DNA of 35,804 nt from Candidatus Omnitrophota bacterium (lineage in GTDB: Bacteria; Ratteibacteria; UBA8468; B48-G9; JAFGKM01): NCBI GenBank assembly GCA_023819225.1, contig JAMWCZ010000004.1, positions 1 to 35,804 on the forward strand. The letters run 5' to 3'. The translations under genes and the position numbers were made by a program. The notes under the pieces are model-generated. The model was not told the DNA's origin and did not search any database. It saw only the letters and a program-made list of their open reading frames with translations. This document shows positions 8,571 through 19,200 of this stretch, piece by piece (within the stretch, counting starts at the first letter, position 1; each line of letters starts with the position of its first letter).

Positions 8571-10763
8571 ATGGATGTTCCAAAAACAGTTATAGACCGT
8601 CTGGAAGAACTTGGTGTATCTCTGAAAGATATTAAACTTACTGCTGTTGCTGACCTTGATATCCAGGGTGACTTTACCACTGTATGGGTCCTTGTGTCTT
8701 CTGAAAAGATTATGGCACTTCCAGAAAAAGGTAGAGGAATGGAAGTTATAGTGGAACTGAAAGATGTTGAAAGCACAAGGGTTTACTGTACAGTGGGAAG
8801 TGCCTTCTTTCAGGCAAGGGTTGGTGGTGTCTATATTGATATAGCAAGGTTTACCAATATTCTGCGTTATAAATTTGAAAGATTGTCATCCCAGATTGAA
8901 AATCTCAGAGCAGGCAAGTTAGTAGATAACAAAGTGCTTCAGGAGCCGCATCCCCTGCTTTGTAAGACCTGTGGTATGCCGTTAAGGGAAGAGGGTGCTG
9001 CCTGTCCCAGATGTGCAAAGGAAGGGGGGATGATAAAGCGACTGCTCTCTTTGATAATGCCATATATGCACTGGATGGTTGCTATATTCTTTATCACTGC
9101 AATAGCAGTGGGGTTTAACCTCGTTCCACCTCAACTTGTAAGAATTCTTGTTGATGATGTGTTGACCACCAAGCGTCATACCGAATGGCTTATATGGCTG
9201 GTACTTGCTCTTATAGGGACAGAGGTATTCCGTGCACAGTTTAATACGTTGATAGGAACACTTTCAACATCTGTGGGTACTTTGATAACATATTCTTTGA
9301 GGACCCGTATGTTCAGAAAATTACAGGAACTGTCCATTGACTATTATGACAAAAACTCTGCCGGTATGATAATGACAAGGTTCTCTTCAGATGTAGAGCA
9401 ACTCCATGGATTTGTATCCCAGATAGGACAGGGGTTCCTTATCAATATACTTTTATTTATAGGAATAGGTATTATGCTTTTTACTATCAATGCACGTCTG
9501 GCTATTTATGTACTTGTTCCTATACCCTTTGTTGTATCAGGCACATGGTTTTTCTGGCACAAGATTTATCCGAGATATTATAAACTCTGGGATAGTCAGG
9601 CAAAGATGTCCAGTTTCCTCCACAGTATAATATCAGGAATCCGTTTAGTGCGTGCATTTGCGCAGGAAGAAAAAGAGATAGAGCGTTTTGAAAAGAGGGC
9701 GATGAATTTAAGAGATGCGAACAGGGCGGTAAACTTAAGCGTTGCTGCTTTTAACCCGCTTATGGCTTTCTTTTTCAGTTTAGGTGGGTTGATTGTATGG
9801 TATGCTGGTGGTAAGAGTGTACTTGCTGAAAAATTAACATTAGGGGAATTGATGGCTTTTTTAAGTTATATAACAATGTTTTATACCCCGCTTTCAAGTT
9901 TAACCCTCCTTTCAAACTGGTTCAGCGGTTTTATTACTGCCACCCACCGTATATTTGAGATTCTGGATACCGAGCCCACGTTGAAACCACCTGCCCGGCC
10001 GGTAGATATAAAAAAAATAGAAGGTGATATTGAATTTAGAAATGTTACATTCGGATATGACCCATATCACCCTGTTCTTAAGAATATAAGTTTTAAGATT
10101 AACAAAGGAGAGATGATAGGTATTGTTGGAAAAAGCGGTAGTGGCAAGACAACGATTGTGAATCTTATATGTAGGTTTTACGACCCACAGCAGGGAGTGG
10201 TACTTTTAGATGGATATGACGCCAGGACTATTCCATTGGAAGTTATACACAGAAATATAGGGATTGTTTTACAGGAACCATTTCTTTTCAGGGGCACAAT
10301 AGCAGAGAATATCTCCTATGGAAATCCAAAAGCCACATATAAGGAGATTATTGCTGCTGCAAAGGCAGCAAATATACACGAGTCAATAATGCAAATGCCA
10401 AGTGGATATGATTTTTACCTCGGTGAAGGTGGGGCAGGGCTTTCAGGTGGTGAAAGACAGAGAGTAGGGATAGCAAGGGTGCTGCTGTGCGACCCGCCGG
10501 TTTTGATACTGGATGAGGCAACATCTTCGGTGGATACAGAGTCGGAGATAAAGATACAGGAAGCACTTGCTGTTCTTTGTAAGGGAAGAACAACCATTGC
10601 TATAGCACACCGCCTTTCAACTCTTAAAGATGCGGACAGGTTATATGTTATTGACAGAGGCAGGATTGTAGAGTATGGAAGTCATGAGGAGTTGATGAAG
10701 AGCCGTGGTATCTATTATAAACTTGTTGAGGCACAGACAAAACTTTCTACCATTGATGAATAA
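8571..10763 (+). CDS. ABC exporter (fused TMD + NBD) with ~150-aa N-terminal extension carrying a Zn ribbon
   Basis: Walker A GKSGSGKTT, signature LSGGERQR, Walker B ILDEATS, H-loop AHRLST; CKTC...CPRC precedes the first TM helix. Confidence 0.92.
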   Translation: MDVPKTVIDRLEELGVSLKDIKLTAVADLDIQGDFTTVWVLVSSEKIMALPEKGRGMEVIVELKDVESTRVYCTVGSAFFQARVGGVYIDIARFTNILRYKFERLSSQIENLRAGKLVDNKVLQEPHPLLCKTCGMPLREEGAACPRCAKEGGMIKRLLSLIMPYMHWMVAIFFITAIAVGFNLVPPQLVRILVDDVLTTKRHTEWLIWLVLALIGTEVFRAQFNTLIGTLSTSVGTLITYSLRTRMFRKLQELSIDYYDKNSAGMIMTRFSSDVEQLHGFVSQIGQGFLINILLFIGIGIMLFTINARLAIYVLVPIPFVVSGTWFFWHKIYPRYYKLWDSQAKMSSFLHSIISGIRLVRAFAQEEKEIERFEKRAMNLRDANRAVNLSVAAFNPLMAFFFSLGGLIVWYAGGKSVLAEKLTLGELMAFLSYITMFYTPLSSLTLLSNWFSGFITATHRIFEILDTEPTLKPPARPVDIKKIEGDIEFRNVTFGYDPYHPVLKNISFKINKGEMIGIVGKSGSGKTTIVNLICRFYDPQQGVVLLDGYDARTIPLEVIHRNIGIVLQEPFLFRGTIAENISYGNPKATYKEIIAAAKAANIHESIMQMPSGYDFYLGEGGAGLSGGERQRVGIARVLLCDPPVLILDEATSSVDTESEIKIQEALAVLCKGRTTIAIAHRLSTLKDADRLYVIDRGRIVEYGSHEELMKSRGIYYKLVEAQTKLSTIDE

Positions 10764-10777
10764 AACGCTTGTATAAC

Positions 10778-10807
10778 TTGACAGAAATCTGTGGGTGGTA
10801 GTATAAT
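10778..10807 (+). promoter_or_regulatory. Sigma70-type promoter of the prepilin-like gene
   Basis: TTGACA, 18 nt, TATAAT. Confidence 0.65.
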
Positions 10808-10907
10808 ATAGGTAAATGAAAAAGGGAGAAAGGAGGTGGTAGATATAAGGGAGAAAGGCGCGAGAGGGGAGATGTGAGAATAGGAAAAAAGAAAGGAGGA
10901 AAAGAAT

Positions 10908-11699
10908 ATGGAAAGAAGAATGAGAAAAATGGGGTTTACGTTGATAGAGTTATTGGTGGTAGTTGCAATAATTGCAATCCTTGCAGCGATGTTATTACCA
11001 GCACTATCACAGGCAAGAGAGAGGGCAAGAATGACAACCTGTATAAGCAACCTTAAGCAGATAGGGCTTGCTGTTCATATGTATGCTGCTGACTATGAGG
11101 GGATTATATCCTGCTACAATTCAAATAATAGTATCTGGTATAACTTTGCAGGAGTGCTAGAGATGTATCTCTCAAACCGTCCACTTGATACAACCAAGGG
11201 ATACAGCAAGGTATGGATATGTCCTTCTGACTATCGTTTCAAGTTATTAGGATGGAGTCCATATCCTGTATGGTGGGGCGGGATGTCCTATGGTATCCAT
11301 GTGGGTTTATACAGTGCCAGTGGTTATATGGCGGACCCTGCAAATTATGGTTGCAGATTTGTATTTGCAAAACTTGACCGGCTGGCAGCACCTTCAAGGA
11401 CCCTTTATATAGCAGAAAATGGTAGTACTGACCCAACCGCTGTGATGTATAAAGCAACAGGACCTTATTTAACGGGTAGTTGGTGGTTACTTGCAAACTT
11501 CCACGGCAGCCGTGACTATGGGAAGGCATTTACCAATGTCCTTTATGCTGATGGACATGTGAAGAGTGAATCAAATGCATGGCTTACGAGAGATGTGCCT
11601 GTTGTTACTATATGGAATGCTGAACCATGGTATCAATATCTTGGCCCTGATGGAACACAGGGTGGGTGTTGGTACACTGCCCTGGTCAAGATAAAGTAA
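10908..11699 (+). CDS. Prepilin-type N-terminal cleavage/methylation protein, DUF1559 / H-X9-DG family
   Basis: G|[40 protein letters not shown], a WICPSD motif, and C-terminal FH...NVLYADGHV. Confidence 0.9.
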   Translation: MERRMRKMGFTLIELLVVVAIIAILAAMLLPALSQARERARMTTCISNLKQIGLAVHMYAADYEGIISCYNSNNSIWYNFAGVLEMYLSNRPLDTTKGYSKVWICPSDYRFKLLGWSPYPVWWGGMSYGIHVGLYSASGYMADPANYGCRFVFAKLDRLAAPSRTLYIAENGSTDPTAVMYKATGPYLTGSWWLLANFHGSRDYGKAFTNVLYADGHVKSESNAWLTRDVPVVTIWNAEPWYQYLGPDGTQGGCWYTALVKIK

Positions 11700-13977
11700 A
11701 AAGAGAGACACCTGATATACCGGATTTCAGGCGTTTCCTGTCAAATGGTTCGCTATAAAGGTAGTAGTTGCTGAAAGGCCGGGAAATGTGCTTTTTTGTC
11801 TCCCGGCTTCTTGATATATTGGCAAGTGTATTATACACATCTATGTATATAATATTTCTTCCTTTACGGGTGATATCTTTTGGAGTAATAATCTGGTATG
11901 GTTGATAAGTTATAGCACCTACATATATTCCGTTCACATATATCTTTGCTGAATATCTTAAAGATGTTATGGTAAGTTTCATTTCAGAAGGGTCTTCAAG
12001 AAAAAATTCATTTTTGTATGAGACACAGCCAGAAAAACTTCTACCAAATAAACTTTTCCAGTCAGAAAATCTTTCCATATCCTTTATCTCCACCTGTTTT
12101 TCTTTGTATTTTTTATGTAGTATCCGTTTTTGTTCCATCCAATCTCAAAAACTATGGATGCCTTCCATCTATTATGAAGTTTTATCTTGCGGTTGTATAT
12201 TTTTTCAGAAGTAAACTCACCTGATGGTTGAAAGGTAAAGATAAAGGCCGTCTCACCCGGTGCAATCTCCAGATAGTAGCCACTATTTCTATGGTGTAAG
12301 GCATATATAGTAAAACCTTCATTTCTGTATCTTACAATAAATAAAGAGCATTCTTCCCTCAGTTTGATATATCCTTTGAAGTGCCTTTCTCCACTTTCAT
12401 TGAATACAAAGTATATCAGCCCTCTTCTGTCTTTAATCTTCCTTATTTTTATGGATGGTTCATCACAGGGGGGTAACAGGGACATCTTTCTTCCGAGGTC
12501 TCTATATACCATACGGGCAAAACTTCCAAGTGGATTGAGAACTTTGTGGTATTTACTTGATAGGTCAGGGCTATAGTGTATGGTATTTTTAAGGTTTAGT
12601 AGAGCAGGGGCATAGACCTTGATATCTTTACCGAAATTCTCTATAAAGGTTTTTTCTTTTTCACTGAGCGAAGATAAAGGCGGGATTATAAGTTGGGTAT
12701 ATTTTCTATACCCGTATTTGATATAACCATCTCCTTTCTGGAATTTATCTATCTCATTTGGGGAAACAATATCAAAGTCCTCTCCATTCATCAGAAGGTA
12801 TTCCATAAGTGCTTCAAAGTAAAGGCCTGTGTTTTTGCTTTCTTCGCGCCACAGGGAGGTTATCGGATACCATAAGCCAGTATCAACAACAGGGGTTTTG
12901 TCTCCCACCAGTTTTATAAATCCATCAAGGTATTTTATAAGTTCAGGAAACAGAAGCCATTGCGGTGACTGGAAGCCAAAGGCAGCGACAAAACTCAGGT
13001 TGTCCGTCCCCCAGATATATTCAGATGTTGCTGGAGTGAAAAGATATACCCCCCTTATAAGGTGATGGTCTATAACCCATTTTGTATCTTCTATGGTAGT
13101 TCCACATCCATAGGTAGCCATAATCTCACTGAGAGCATATGGACTTCCTGACTGTCTTGCTGCAGATGACGCGAACTTTGCCATATTTGTATTATATGGA
13201 AAGGCATTATAACTTAAATGACTAAACCTTGCTTTTTCTTTTTCAGGCATAATCTGCTGGCATATTATATCTATTCCGGGTATATCAAAAACCTTCATCT
13301 GTACAAGTAAATCACCTGTGGAAAAGAGATGCCTTTCTATCAGGTCATCATTATTAAAGTGCCCTGTAAAGAGCACACCATTCTCTTTACACCAGTTTTT
13401 AACAGACAGAAAAAAATTTTTCTTCAGCATTTCTGTGAGAAGACGGGCAAAGTCTTCCCTTGCCTTCTTAGATGCTTTATCATTGCCTGTGTAGTAGAAA
13501 AGGGCAGGTATGAGCTCTTTTATATCATATCCGTATCTCTCAAAAAAATTTTTTTCCATATCCTTCACCCACGGGATAGAGGTTTTATACTTACATCCTT
13601 TCCAGAAGAATATACCGTTTATAACACCTGAAAAATTACACGGCTCATCACAAAAAAATCCTTTAATAACACTTCCAAAGTATTTCCCAAAGTGCCTTTT
13701 ATATAATTCGTAAGTTGTCTCTATAAATGTTTTACCTGAACCGGGTGTGATAAGAGATACAAGCGAGGACAACGATAACACTGTACTCTTTAAAGTACTC
13801 AGAGGAAAGATACCTGCAGCCCATTGTTTCTTCAGAGTGCGGGATGGGGATGACAGATCTGCATCCTTTCTCAAAGGCGTCTCTTATCACCGCTTTTGTT
13901 CGGGTGCTTTTCAACCTCCCATTAAGAACAAACATAAGTGAAACCGGGGGAAAACTAATATTTACTTCCTTTTCCAT
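11686..13977 (-). pseudogene. GH106-like (alpha-L-rhamnosidase-type) glycoside hydrolase broken into three ORFs
   Basis: The N-terminal ORF 13732-13977 has a strong SD and FVLNG..YLSSEYF. The middle ORF has FIETTYELYKRHFGKYFG..GFFCDEP, TGH, PGIDII and a class I GATase-like region. The last ORF has a GH2-type sugar-binding tail (FSG..Y, YVNG, V.NTLAN, SG). Frame breaks at about 13770 and about 12110. Confidence 0.72.
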
Positions 13978-13988
13978 TTTCCCTCCTT

Positions 13989-14867
13989 TTACAGGTACTT
14001 ATTCTTTCTGAAATTTCTTATTTCCTGGACAAAAATCTCCGGCTCATCTATAAAAGGGAAGTGCCGTGAACGCGGTATAACACACATCTCACTTTTCGGT
14101 ATCTTCCTTGCCATAAGTCCGAATGCTTCTAAAGGAAAAGAGATATCCTGCTGTCCTGCAACAAGAAGCACAGGGCATCTTATCTCTTCCATCCTTTTTA
14201 TTATCTCATTATGAATCTCTGCCTCATACCTGAAGTTGCTGTTTTTTTCATCAAGATATGTGAAGTCGGTTCTTGAGAATACCTCACAGACCTCATCACG
14301 CTTTTCATGCCAGTGGTATATAATTGCAGGTGCCTGTTCCATTACCTGCTGACGGAATGACTCATCTCCTGTAATCTCACCCCTGTTATACCTGTCACAT
14401 ATCTCTTTTACCTTTTCTGCAACATTTAACCGTTCCATCTCCTCATTATAAATTTTTCCATACCATCCACTGCGGGATATCTCAGGATATGTAACACCTC
14501 CGCATACAAGATATAATTCTTTGACACGGTGAGGATAGTTAAGGGTGAAGTAAATTGCAAGTGCAGCGCCGAAAGAGTGTCCTAATATAGATGCTTTTTC
14601 TTCCCCTGAACAATGTATAAGGTTATCAATATCTTGAGACATACCTCTGTAACTAACAAGATTTTTATCAGGCACTGGTTTGCTTTTGCCACTACCACGT
14701 TCATCTAAATAGACCATTGTCGCCTCATCTGCAAGAGGGGAAAGATACGGGATAAAGTAGTCACCTGAGTTTCCCTTACCACCATGAAGGCAGATAAACA
14801 AAGGTCCTTTCCCTTCTGTTTGATAATGGATATTCATATCAACTGAGAAGAAGTATCTGCTTTCCAC
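13989..14867 (-). CDS. Alpha/beta hydrolase (proline iminopeptidase/esterase-like)
   Basis: LHGG, DERGSGKS, nucleophile elbow GHSFG, GQQD and SRHFP. Start moved to GTG 14867 after GAGGAGG. Confidence 0.85.
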   Translation of the reverse strand: MESRYFFSVDMNIHYQTEGKGPLFICLHGGKGNSGDYFIPYLSPLADEATMVYLDERGSGKSKPVPDKNLVSYRGMSQDIDNLIHCSGEEKASILGHSFGAALAIYFTLNYPHRVKELYLVCGGVTYPEISRSGWYGKIYNEEMERLNVAEKVKEICDRYNRGEITGDESFRQQVMEQAPAIIYHWHEKRDEVCEVFSRTDFTYLDEKNSNFRYEAEIHNEIIKRMEEIRCPVLLVAGQQDISFPLEAFGLMARKIPKSEMCVIPRSRHFPFIDEPEIFVQEIRNFRKNKYL

Positions 14868-14883
14868 TGTTTGCCTCCTCTTT

Positions 14884-15598
14884 TTAAGTATAATATTCCT
14901 TCCATTCCGGTTTACCATACCATATACGAGAACCATCGGGAAAGACCATCTTTTTAGGTGATGGTAGAGAATCTTTATTAAACAAAGGTGGTTTTCTATA
15001 TTCTAGAACAGGTGAAAGTATAATCTCTTTTCCCTCTTTCATTTTAATGGGTATATACCCCTTTTCTCCTTTAACTTCCGCAAAGTTTTTCCCGCCATTA
15101 TGGGAGATAAATATTTCTTTCCATGGACTTTTCAGTGTTACCTTCCCACCTTTTAAACTCTTTATACGGCAGAAAATAACTTCTTTCCCATTATATGAAG
15201 AAAATACCAGAAATCCACCTTCAACCCTGATATTTCTGAATGAAGCAGGTTTCCCTTCCTTCCATCCGGGGAATAACCTTATAATTCCACCGTATCCCTG
15301 AACCAGCATCTCTGTGAGAACCATAAGATAGGCGCTGGTATTTTCTAATACAGGGAAGACATATTCCTTTCCATCCAGCACAGGTGAACTTTCTTTTTTA
15401 TCAGTTTTTCAATATCCATCCCTTCCTTTATTGCTGTGATTACTTCAGAATGGGAAAGATGGTCAGGTACATCAAGCCTGGTAAGGTGATAGGGTGCATA
15501 AAAAACTGCTCCAAGGTCACCGTTTCCAAGAAGCAGCCCATCTGTCCATATACGTGGAGCGTTCTTATATATAAGGTTATACCTTTCAGATACTCCAT
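14884..15598 (-). pseudogene. GH95-like glycoside hydrolase remnant: N- and C-termini joined, catalytic core deleted
   Basis: An unannotated frame (15608-15348) reads RYNLIYKNAPRIWTDGLLLGNGDLGAVFYAP, the GH95 N-terminal motif. ORF 14884-15381 reads EMLVQ..GIIRLFP..ASFRNIRVEGGFLV..IKSLKGG, the GH95 C-terminus. Confidence 0.72.
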
Positions 15599-15608
15599 TT
15601 TCTTTTCC

Positions 15609-16286
15609 CTATTTTAAATTCCTTAAAAATATTGCGGTTATCTCCTTATCTTTAAGAAACCTGTTAAAAATTATCATCTCGTCAAATATAGTCATCGGTG
15701 CACCAATGCTGAAGTTGATACCACTTACCACTTCAGGGACATTATCCGTTATTCTGCTGATAAGAGTGCTATTGATGAAAAACTTTATTTCCTTTCCACT
15801 TTTCCATGAAGCTGCAATATGATACCACCGTTCCTTATCAAAGGCATAATACTTACAGGCATTTGCAGAAATTTTTTCACCCGGATAGTATATATAAAAC
15901 CTTGTCACACCCCAGTAGACATATGTAATCTGCATTGCAGGGCTACCATTAACATAAAAGAAGTTATACTGACCTGTTTTTATATCAGCACTTTTCCATC
16001 CAGCGGGTTTCATCCAGAAACTTACAGTCCCTTCTTGATTATTCATATTGCCAGTATAGGGATATGTTATCCGTCCATTTCTTATGAGGATACCTTTACC
16101 TGTAATTCCATCCGTAAACTCAAACTCTGCGGTTATATCCAGCGGGTCTGGCTTACCTTTTGAAAAATCAGCAACAGGTGATTTATCAAAACTGCAATAA
16201 AAACTTATGTGAGAACGGTCAAGTGCAAAAACTCCATCAGCAATTATAAAGATGAGGAACACTGTTAAAATTTTTTTTGTTAGCAT
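15609..16286 (-). CDS. Secreted LamG/concanavalin A-like jelly-roll protein, possibly a truncated paralog of the upstream gene
   Basis: Signal-peptide-like N-terminus; SFD, EGTVSFWMKP, WYHIAASW, FDEMIIFNR.L...EI. Confidence 0.8.
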   Translation of the reverse strand: MLTKKILTVFLIFIIADGVFALDRSHISFYCSFDKSPVADFSKGKPDPLDITAEFEFTDGITGKGILIRNGRITYPYTGNMNNQEGTVSFWMKPAGWKSADIKTGQYNFFYVNGSPAMQITYVYWGVTRFYIYYPGEKISANACKYYAFDKERWYHIAASWKSGKEIKFFINSTLISRITDNVPEVVSGINFSIGAPMTIFDEMIIFNRFLKDKEITAIFLRNLK

Positions 16287-16294
16287 TTTTCTCT

Positions 16295-19200
16295 TTACTG
16301 AAGCAGAAGAAGACGGAAGTCCCTCTTTTTTACAGGGACTGTAACAGAACCATCTTTCATCTTGAATATCTCTTTTGTTTCAACGTCAATAAGATCAGCA
16401 TTATCCCTGTCTTTAATACCAAGGGTCTTGAAATTGAAACTTATATTAGAGGTTTTGTCTTCATCTGTATTATTAAAAATCAAGGTCAGAAGTTTGGTTT
16501 CTCTTTTCCACAGGGTGGCTACAAAATGGTCCTGGTGATAGATATTCAATGTGATATACTTGCTGTTTCTCCAGTATGGAAGACATTCAACCTTATCATC
16601 CCATCCGAATTCCCTTAAGAAAGGGAATAGTTTTATGTATGTAATACTGTGATAAGGAAATGCATCATGGACCATATTTATTGCGCACCAGTGTCTGTCG
16701 TTGAAATCGTCCCCTGGTTCCAACCAGGCATATGACTGGGTAAGAAAGGCGGTCTGTGGTCCCCATACCCATGGAGAAAATTCTGCACGATAACGTTCCA
16801 TAGGGAGTGTAAGTGTATAAGAAACAGGCCACTTCTTTCCCCCTGCCTTATACTCTGCCTTTTTTCTTACCATATAGGCAGCCCATTGCTCTCCAGGTAT
16901 AAGGACATCATTGAATGACCAGTAAGCCATAACAGGGTGTCCTGACATATGTGTGGTCATCCAATTATATTTCCCCATATCCTTTACTATTGTGTAAAGC
17001 CGCTTCATTGTTTCACGCCAGGCAAGTACAGGGACTTCTGGTTGATATGTTCCCTTCTCATCAGTATATCCGCAGTTGTGGTACTTATTTGCACAGGGAT
17101 TGGGTTCTGAGACATCAAAATATGTGGCAAAAGGTAATCCTTCAGGTTTGCTATATTTACTGAAGAATCTATGGAAATAATATACATAATAGTCCTGATA
17201 ACTTTTGGAGCCATAACATACCTGTGCAGTTTCCGATTTAGAAGTAGATAAAAGTGATTTAAAGTCAGGTCTTCCGGAAGGCGCACATCTCCATTCTTCA
17301 TAGTAATACTCAGTTTCAGGGGCAAGTGATGGATTGGCTTCTGTAATGTAATGGTTCAGATAAGGTCCCCACTGGTATTCATCCTGCATCCTGCTCTTTA
17401 ATGATAGCACCTCTTTTTTCCGCTCTTCAAAATACTCATCAGGCATATTGAGATAGTTCCATCTACCTCCTATATGTGGCTGATGAGGCCCTATCTCTAC
17501 CTTCCTTCCACCAGGGGAGAGCCATTCAAACCAGTTTATACCACCAAGATTTTTATGTCCTGCCCATGCCCACCATTGCCCGCGTATACCTTCCACAGAA
17601 TATGGCTTTGCAGGTAGCGCGTGAATACCTAACTCTACAACGAGGGGTTCTTTAATATCTACCGGATGGTCTACAATAGTAAATTCAACAATGAACCCCT
17701 CTCTCTCAGGTATAAAACGCATAGATGTTTCAGGTTTTTTTAATTTCCATCCTTTAAGGGACTGCCATACCCACTGTATTCCCTGTTCATATCCCCCTAT
17801 CCTTATTCCACTTACAGGTAAAGAGACATATTCTTTTTCTGGTGTATAACCTGATAAACTTTCAACAGGATACTGCCCGCTGTACCAGTGTGTAGCATAT
17901 TCTTTTTTAAGAGGAATAGAAAGTAAAAGTCGCTCCAGTTTTATTCCAGATATCTCGGGTATAACTTCAATCTTTATCCATAAAAATCCATCAAACTCCA
18001 GACGGTTATATGTCTTTACGGTAAAAATTCCTTTCTTATCTTCACATATAAATTCAACTGCAGAGGGTGTATTCTTTATAACTTTCATTGTAGCATTATC
18101 TGTAAGGTACCCAACCCCTTCTGAAAATATTTTCAGTATAGCAGGACTGGATAGTATGTTTTCATTAAGTATAGAGATTTCAGAAGGAAGTACAGAATTT
18201 TTGTAGCGGAAGTATTTGTCCTTACAGTATATAGTATCTCTATCTACCTTTATTTCTGTCCATGGCCAGGGTGGTTTTTCAGAATATCCCAATTTATTGT
18301 CTAACCATACAGGCCTTTCCTTTTTTTCAAATTGTAGATTGATTTCATGGAGTTTTCTCCCCTCAATTTCAAAGATAACCTTTACACTGTATATACCCGG
18401 GGATAGATTGTGTGTATTGAATTCCACCTCTTCCTCTATATATTCTATCTTTTTTATAGTTGATAGTGCCTGCTTACCATCTTTGGCTAACACATTTATA
18501 TTCGCTGAAATGCCTTCTGAGATAAGTGAATCTGAGCCGGTATGAAGATGGACTATAAGTTTATCCAGTGTCGGCAGAAAAGAAGCAGATGCATTTGATT
18601 CCAGGGTAAAGACAAAAGGAATACGTTGTCTGTACAAAAGGATATCAGTTTCATCACATATATTTATGAGGATATCACCGCATAATGGCTCTTCTATAGA
18701 AAAGAAGATAGTGGCTGGTTTATCCGGTGAAATATCTCTTTCTTCTTTTTTTATTATATCCCTTTCTTCTTCCTTTAACTCCATCTTTTCTGTATCAACA
18801 GATTCCACAGTATATTTTATAAGTGATACTTCCATCCGTGGTTTTTTTATTCCTTCTGTTTTTGCCGAAATGCTGAAATTTCCACAGGATGGGTTGGTGA
18901 TACTTTCTATATGAACTGTTTCATCTCCTCCCAATTTCATAACTGCAAGTGGAATACTTTCTTTTCCTGTTTCCCATATACTGTCCAGGTCTTTTACACG
19001 GATACTTCTGTGGTATAGATTAAACATAAGGATTTCCCCTGTTTCCATCTTTTCAATACCTGCATCCAATAGAGGGATATGAAACTCCATATGCCAGTAT
19101 TCTTCTCCTGACACAGTTGAGATAACGCGCCAATTATCACTGTTCCAGGATGTATTCCCATTTTTGGCATCATACCTTGCCATATGTGCGTTTGAAGCAA

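Noticed and set aside
13747-13890. 11-bp inverted repeat GTGATAAGAGA/TCTCTTATCAC near the GH106 junction as an invertible switch
   Set aside because: The enclosed DNA already reads as GH106 N-terminus in the present orientation, no recombinase is nearby, and one such match is plausible by chance.
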